Positions 29,159 to 32,000 of a stretch of DNA of 32,000 bases are shown here, piece after piece. The first letter of the stretch is position 1, and each line of letters begins with the position of its first letter. The translations under genes and the position numbers were made by a program. Below the pieces are notes generated by a model. The model was not told the DNA's origin, ran no database searches, and was given only the letters and a program-made list of their open reading frames with translations. This DNA comes from an archaeon (lineage in GTDB: Archaea > Iainarchaeota > Iainarchaeia > Iainarchaeales > 1-14-0-10-31-34), in NCBI GenBank assembly GCA_024277355.1, contig JAJRVL010000004.1, forward strand, positions 494,575-526,574. Reading direction: 5' to 3'.

Positions 29159-30331
29159 TTGAAAATGGAATTAATTTTCATTGTGTTAATTGGATGTATT
29201 GCAGGAATTTTCACTGGATTAATTCCCGGAATACACATAAATACTATTGCAGTTTTACTGCTTTATTTAACGCCATCCAATAAAGAATTAATTTATTTTA
29301 TTATTCCAATGGCAGTTGTACACACTTTCGTTGATTTTATTCCTTCAATTTTATTTGGAGCAGTAGAAGAAGAAAACTTTTTGTCTGTTTTGCCTGGGCA
29401 TAAAATGTTAATGCAAGGCAAAGGATTAACTGCAATAAAAATAACAGTTTTAGGAGGAGCAATAGGGGGAATAACTTCTATTTTGTTTTCTTTTGTTTTT
29501 ATTAAATTAATTGAAAAAATTAAAGGGATTATTCCAAAATTAATTTCTCCTTTATTGATTTTTGTTTTGCTTTTAATGGTTTCAGAAGAAAAAAACAAAA
29601 AATATTCAGTTTTAGTTATTTTTCTTTCAGGAATTCTTGGATTAATTGTATTAAATGACTTTTTTTATGTTAAAGATTCATTGTTTGTTTTAGTTACGGG
29701 ATTTTTTGCTTTTCCTTTGCTGATAAATTCAGTTATAAAAAAAACAAGTATTCCAAAACAAAAAAAAGAAAAACATAAAATTAACTTAAATTAAATTAAA
29801 GGTTCACTGTTAAGTGTTTTTGGAGGAAGTGTTGTTTCATTAATTCCTGCAATAGGACCAAGCATTTCAGCTTTTGTTTTAACAAAATTCACTAAATTAA
29901 ATGAAAAAGGATTTTTAGCTTTGCTTGGAGGCATTAATACAGCAAACATTATTTTTAGTTTTTTTGTTTTAATTTCAATTGGAAAAACAAGAAGCGGTTC
30001 AGCTGCAATAATAAAAGAACTAGGAAACATAACAATAAATGAATTAATTTTAATTTGTTCTGTAATTTTTTTTGCAGTAATTTTTGCTTCAGTTACAACA
30101 CTTTTTTTAGCTGAAATATTAATTAAAAAAATCCAGAAAATTAACTACAAAAAAACAAATTTAATTATACTGTTTTTTCTTGTTTTACTTGTTTTTTATT
30201 TCAGCGGAATAAACGGTTTAATTATTTCTTTTGTTTCAGCTTTAATAGGGTTGATTGCAGTGAAAAAAGGAATTAAAAAAAGTTCTTGTATGGCTTTCCT
30301 GATTTTTCCTGTTTTAGGTTATTATTTTTGA
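29159..30331 (+). pseudogene. DUF112/TctA-like membrane protein split by one in-frame TAA (29792-29794)
   Basis: N-half 29159-29794 has GIFTGLIPGIHINT and FLSVLPGHKMLMQGKG. After TAA the same frame continues without another stop: IKGSLLSVFGGSVVSLIPAIGPSISAFVLTKFTKLNEKGFLALLGGINTANIIFSFF...GYYF to 30331. Confidence 0.6.
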
Positions 30332-32000
30332 ATTATTTTAAATGTAACTGTATTAAGTTCATCATGTGCTTCAGAAAATATTTCAGAACACCTGTTATTT
30401 GACAAGCTTTCACTTAACTCTGGATTAAAATTTCCAAAACCATCTCTAATTTTATCATTATGAAAATAAATAATATAATCAATTTCATTTTTTTCCAGAA
30501 AAACACAGGGATCTCCTGAAAAATCAGCTTTCCAAGCATAATCATATGAAGTAGCTTTATCAAGCTTTAACAACAAAGCAGCACCATTAATAAACCAAAC
30601 TTTAGTATCAGAAGTATTTTCAATGCTTTTCCCTGCATACTCATAATTTTTTGAAGTTGATTGCACGTAAAAATGAGTTAAAACAGAAACTGAAGTAAAA
30701 AGAATTATTGCAACAAAAAGAGTTGCAATAAAAATTGAAATTTTTTTATTCTTTAATGAAACAATTTTTTTTAATTGGATTCCTGCAAAAATAGATAACA
30801 AAGCATAAACTGGAAGAAAATACCTTGGAAAACCACTTAATGTAGGGTATGCTTTACTGACAAAAGTTGCAAATAAAAACAAACTCAAAGAAATAAAAAA
30901 TAAAACTGAAAAATCTTTTTCAGAGCCTTTTTTCCAGAGCAAACCAAGCAAAAAAAGAAAAGGAACAAAAAACAAATAAAAATTATGCAAAAAATAATTA
31001 AAAAATATTTCTCCTATTCTAAAAGCATTTGAAAAAAAGTTAAACACAAAACCATTTTCTGATATTACTCCATAATCTCCAACACTGTCATATTCTAAAG
31101 GGGTGTTAATATGAGAAACAAAAAAAACCAACGAAATCAAAATAAAAATAATTGAAGAAAAAAACACTTCTTTATACTTTTTTTTATAAATAAAAAATAA
31201 CATAAAACCAACAAAAAATATTACTCCTGTTAATTTTGTTAAAAACATTAAGCCAGACAAAAAACCAGTAATTAAAATAAATAATTTGTTGTTTTCTTTA
31301 AGATATTTCAAAATAAAAAAAACTGAACCCAAAAAAAACATTGAAAGAAAACCTTCAACACCAAAATATGTGCTAAAAACCAAGACAATAGGTGATAAAC
31401 CATAAATCACTATAGAAAAAAATTCTCCATATCCTGCTTGTTTGCTGATAAAAAAAATCAAAAACAAAGACAAAACTAAAGAAAAAAACGAAATAAACCA
31501 GAAAAAATTACTATTCAAAAAAAACTTAGTTATTCCTGCAAAAGATTCAAACAACAAAGGAAACTGATTGCTTCTGACTTCATAAACATTTTTTGGTTCA
31601 ACAAAAAAAGTTTTTTCGCCATCATCAGCAAAATCATTAATAATAGGCAAATGATAAGCAGAATCATCATAATTTACTATTTGATTAACAGGAATAAAAA
31701 AAGCAGTTAAAACTAAAGATAAAATTAAAATATAAATTCCAAATAATTCAGGTAAATTTTCTTTTTTAAGCTTTATACTATTTAATTTTATTTTATTTAT
31801 TTTATTTAACCATTCAAAATTTGGTTTCTTTATTAAAAAAAACAAAATTAACAAAATTAAAGCATAAGCATAAATTATTTCTTTTGTTATGCCAAAAAAA
31901 GAAACCATGAAATAATAAAAAAAAGAAGTAACAGACAAAGACAAAAAAACAGACAAAACCCATTTCTCCAAACCAAAAAAATGCTTTTCAACCAACAAAT
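30322..32000 (-). CDS. Polytopic membrane glycosyltransferase (ArnT/PMT-like), probably extends past the window edge
   Basis: At least 558 aa; IVNYDDSAYHLPIINDFADDG acidic motif in the first luminal loop, about 10+ TM segments, small C-terminal domain. The TTG at 31998 is only the first in-window start, so the true start is probably outside. Confidence 0.7.
   Translation of the reverse strand, partial: LLVEKHFFGLEKWVLSVFLSLSVTSFFYYFMVSFFGITKEIIYAYALILLILFFLIKKPNFEWLNKINKIKLNSIKLKKENLPELFGIYILILSLVLTAFFIPVNQIVNYDDSAYHLPIINDFADDGEKTFFVEPKNVYEVRSNQFPLLFESFAGITKFFLNSNFFWFISFFSLVLSLFLIFFISKQAGYGEFFSIVIYGLSPIVLVFSTYFGVEGFLSMFFLGSVFFILKYLKENNKLFILITGFLSGLMFLTKLTGVIFFVGFMLFFIYKKKYKEVFFSSIIFILISLVFFVSHINTPLEYDSVGDYGVISENGFVFNFFSNAFRIGEIFFNYFLHNFYLFFVPFLFLLGLLWKKGSEKDFSVLFFISLSLFLFATFVSKAYPTLSGFPRYFLPVYALLSIFAGIQLKKIVSLKNKKISIFIATLFVAIILFTSVSVLTHFYVQSTSKNYEYAGKSIENTSDTKVWFINGAALLLKLDKATSYDYAWKADFSGDPCVFLEKNEIDYIIYFHNDKIRDGFGNFNPELSESLSNNRCSEIFSEAHDELNTVTFKIIQK

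Overview
AT-rich archaeal window. CDC48, RFC small subunit, NreA and class III (type IV pilin-like) signal peptides support Archaea; a DPANN-type small genome is inference only. From left to right it contains: (i) a minus-strand block with a cdc48-type AAA ATPase (3' end off the window), an HD-like protein, a stand-alone NFACT-R protein and an Lrp-like regulator; (ii) a putative structured RNA at ~4.3-4.45 kb; (iii) topA and a second Lrp-type regulator; (iv) an ATP-cone protein that looks like a catalytically dead class III ribonucleotide reductase relative; (v) membrane and surface proteins; (vi) rfcS followed by a 27-bp direct repeat flanking two hairpins; (vii) nreA with a C-terminal PIP box; (viii) a thiamine operon (pyrophosphokinase plus a bacterial-style binding protein, fused permease and ATPase); (ix) a bacterial-type thrS; (x) a compact archaeal type IV pilus locus (ATPase, two TadC-like membrane proteins, at least five tiny pilin-like ORFs, several missing from the ORF track, prepilin peptidase, two larger pilin-like proteins); (xi) a TctA/DUF112-like membrane gene interrupted by one in-frame TAA inside a TTAAA x3 repeat; (xii) a membrane glycosyltransferase. 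I did not see a CRISPR array, rRNA, canonical tRNA or transposase. The strongest candidates for follow-up are the 4.3-4.45 kb RNA-like locus, the NrdD-like ATP-cone protein, the split DUF112 gene, the rfcS-trailing repeat/hairpin unit and the tandem mini-pilin array.
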